A stretch of 63,179 bases of DNA, filler included, from Octopus bimaculoides (Eukaryota): NCBI RefSeq assembly GCF_001194135.2. It is 6 parts of 6 records of this genome, joined end to end, with 100 filler letters (N's around TTAATTAATTAA, not from the genome) between each part and the next. Parts side by side here need not be neighbours in the genome. Positions count along the whole stretch, not along the records: positions 58,738 to 63,179 come from NC_068998.1; 5 more parts are not named here. One strand, written 5' to 3'. The position numbers and the translations under genes were made by a program. The notes under the pieces are model-generated. The model saw only the letters and a program-made list of their open reading frames with translations. It was not told where the DNA came from and did no database searches. Below are positions 62,582 to 63,179 of the stretch, piece after piece. The stretch's first letter is position 1. Each line of letters begins with the position of its first letter.

Positions 62582-63170
62582 GTATTTTGTATGTGCGCGT
62601 GTGTGTATGTGTATGTTTTTGTGCGTGCGTGTGTGTTTGTGTCTATGTGTGTGTTGTGTATATGTGCGTTGCTGTGTACGTGTGTGTGCGTGCGTTTGCT
62701 ATTGTATGTGCGTGTGTTGTTTATGCCCATGTGTGTGTGATTGTATGCGTGTCTGTGTGAGTGTGTAGTGTTGGTGAGAAGTGTGTGTGCGTGTCTGTGT
62801 GTATGTGGGTGTGTGCGTGTGTGTGTATGTGTGTGGAAGTGTGTGTGTGTGTGGGATTGTGAGTGTTAGGTACGGGTGTGTGTGTGTTTATGTGTGTTTA
62901 TGTGTGTTTATGTGTGTCTGTATGTGTGTTTCCGTGTGCGTGTGTGCATGTGTGTATATGTGTATGTGTACATGTGTGTATATGTGTATGCGTGTTGTGT
63001 ATGTGTGTGTGTGTGTGGTTTTGTATATGTGAGAGGTGTGTATGTGTGTTATTTTGTGTGTGCACTCCTGTGTGTATGTGTGTGCATGTGTATGCGGCTG
63101 TGTATGTAGGCGTGCGCGTATATATGGGTGTGTGTGTGTATATATGTGCGTTCGTCTATATGTGTATGTG
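62582..63170. repeat. Degenerate (TG)n tract
   Basis: Direct inspection. Confidence 0.9.
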
Positions 63171-63179
63171 AGGGCGGGC

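Noticed and set aside
3614-62760. Long ORFs (190-393 aa) in the ORF track
   Set aside because: They are open only because they cross N runs or microsatellites (poly-X, YI, CV, poly-H/T/L); no coding signal.

Overview
AT-rich, microsatellite-laden eukaryotic genomic DNA from a gapped draft assembly. The repeat landscape suggests a cephalopod mollusc such as Octopus; this is an inference, not checked. The only well-supported host gene is a laminin alpha chain of the LanA/LAMA3-5 type on the minus strand. Seven consecutive GT-AG exons (47286 down to 40871) splice into one open 368-codon frame: the C-terminal half of the LN domain plus four LE repeats. I found no further laminin exons in the 40 kb downstream or 16 kb upstream. 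The rest is transposon-derived: four tRNA-derived SINE families, relics of R4/Dong-like RLE, RTE (including Rex3/Expander-like), CR1-like and L1/Tx1-like LINEs, Tc1/mariner pieces, non-autonomous Helitrons, a ~100-bp tandem array with inversions, and several foldbacks. The most interesting signal is a set of up to eight minimal type I hammerhead-ribozyme-like motifs in at least three unrelated sequence families. They mostly have palindromic stem III, several carry recurring core variants, and one pair sits head-to-head in a 492-bp foldback. Minimal hammerheads are known from Penelope-like elements, so the class is not new; activity and novelty of these variants are untested.
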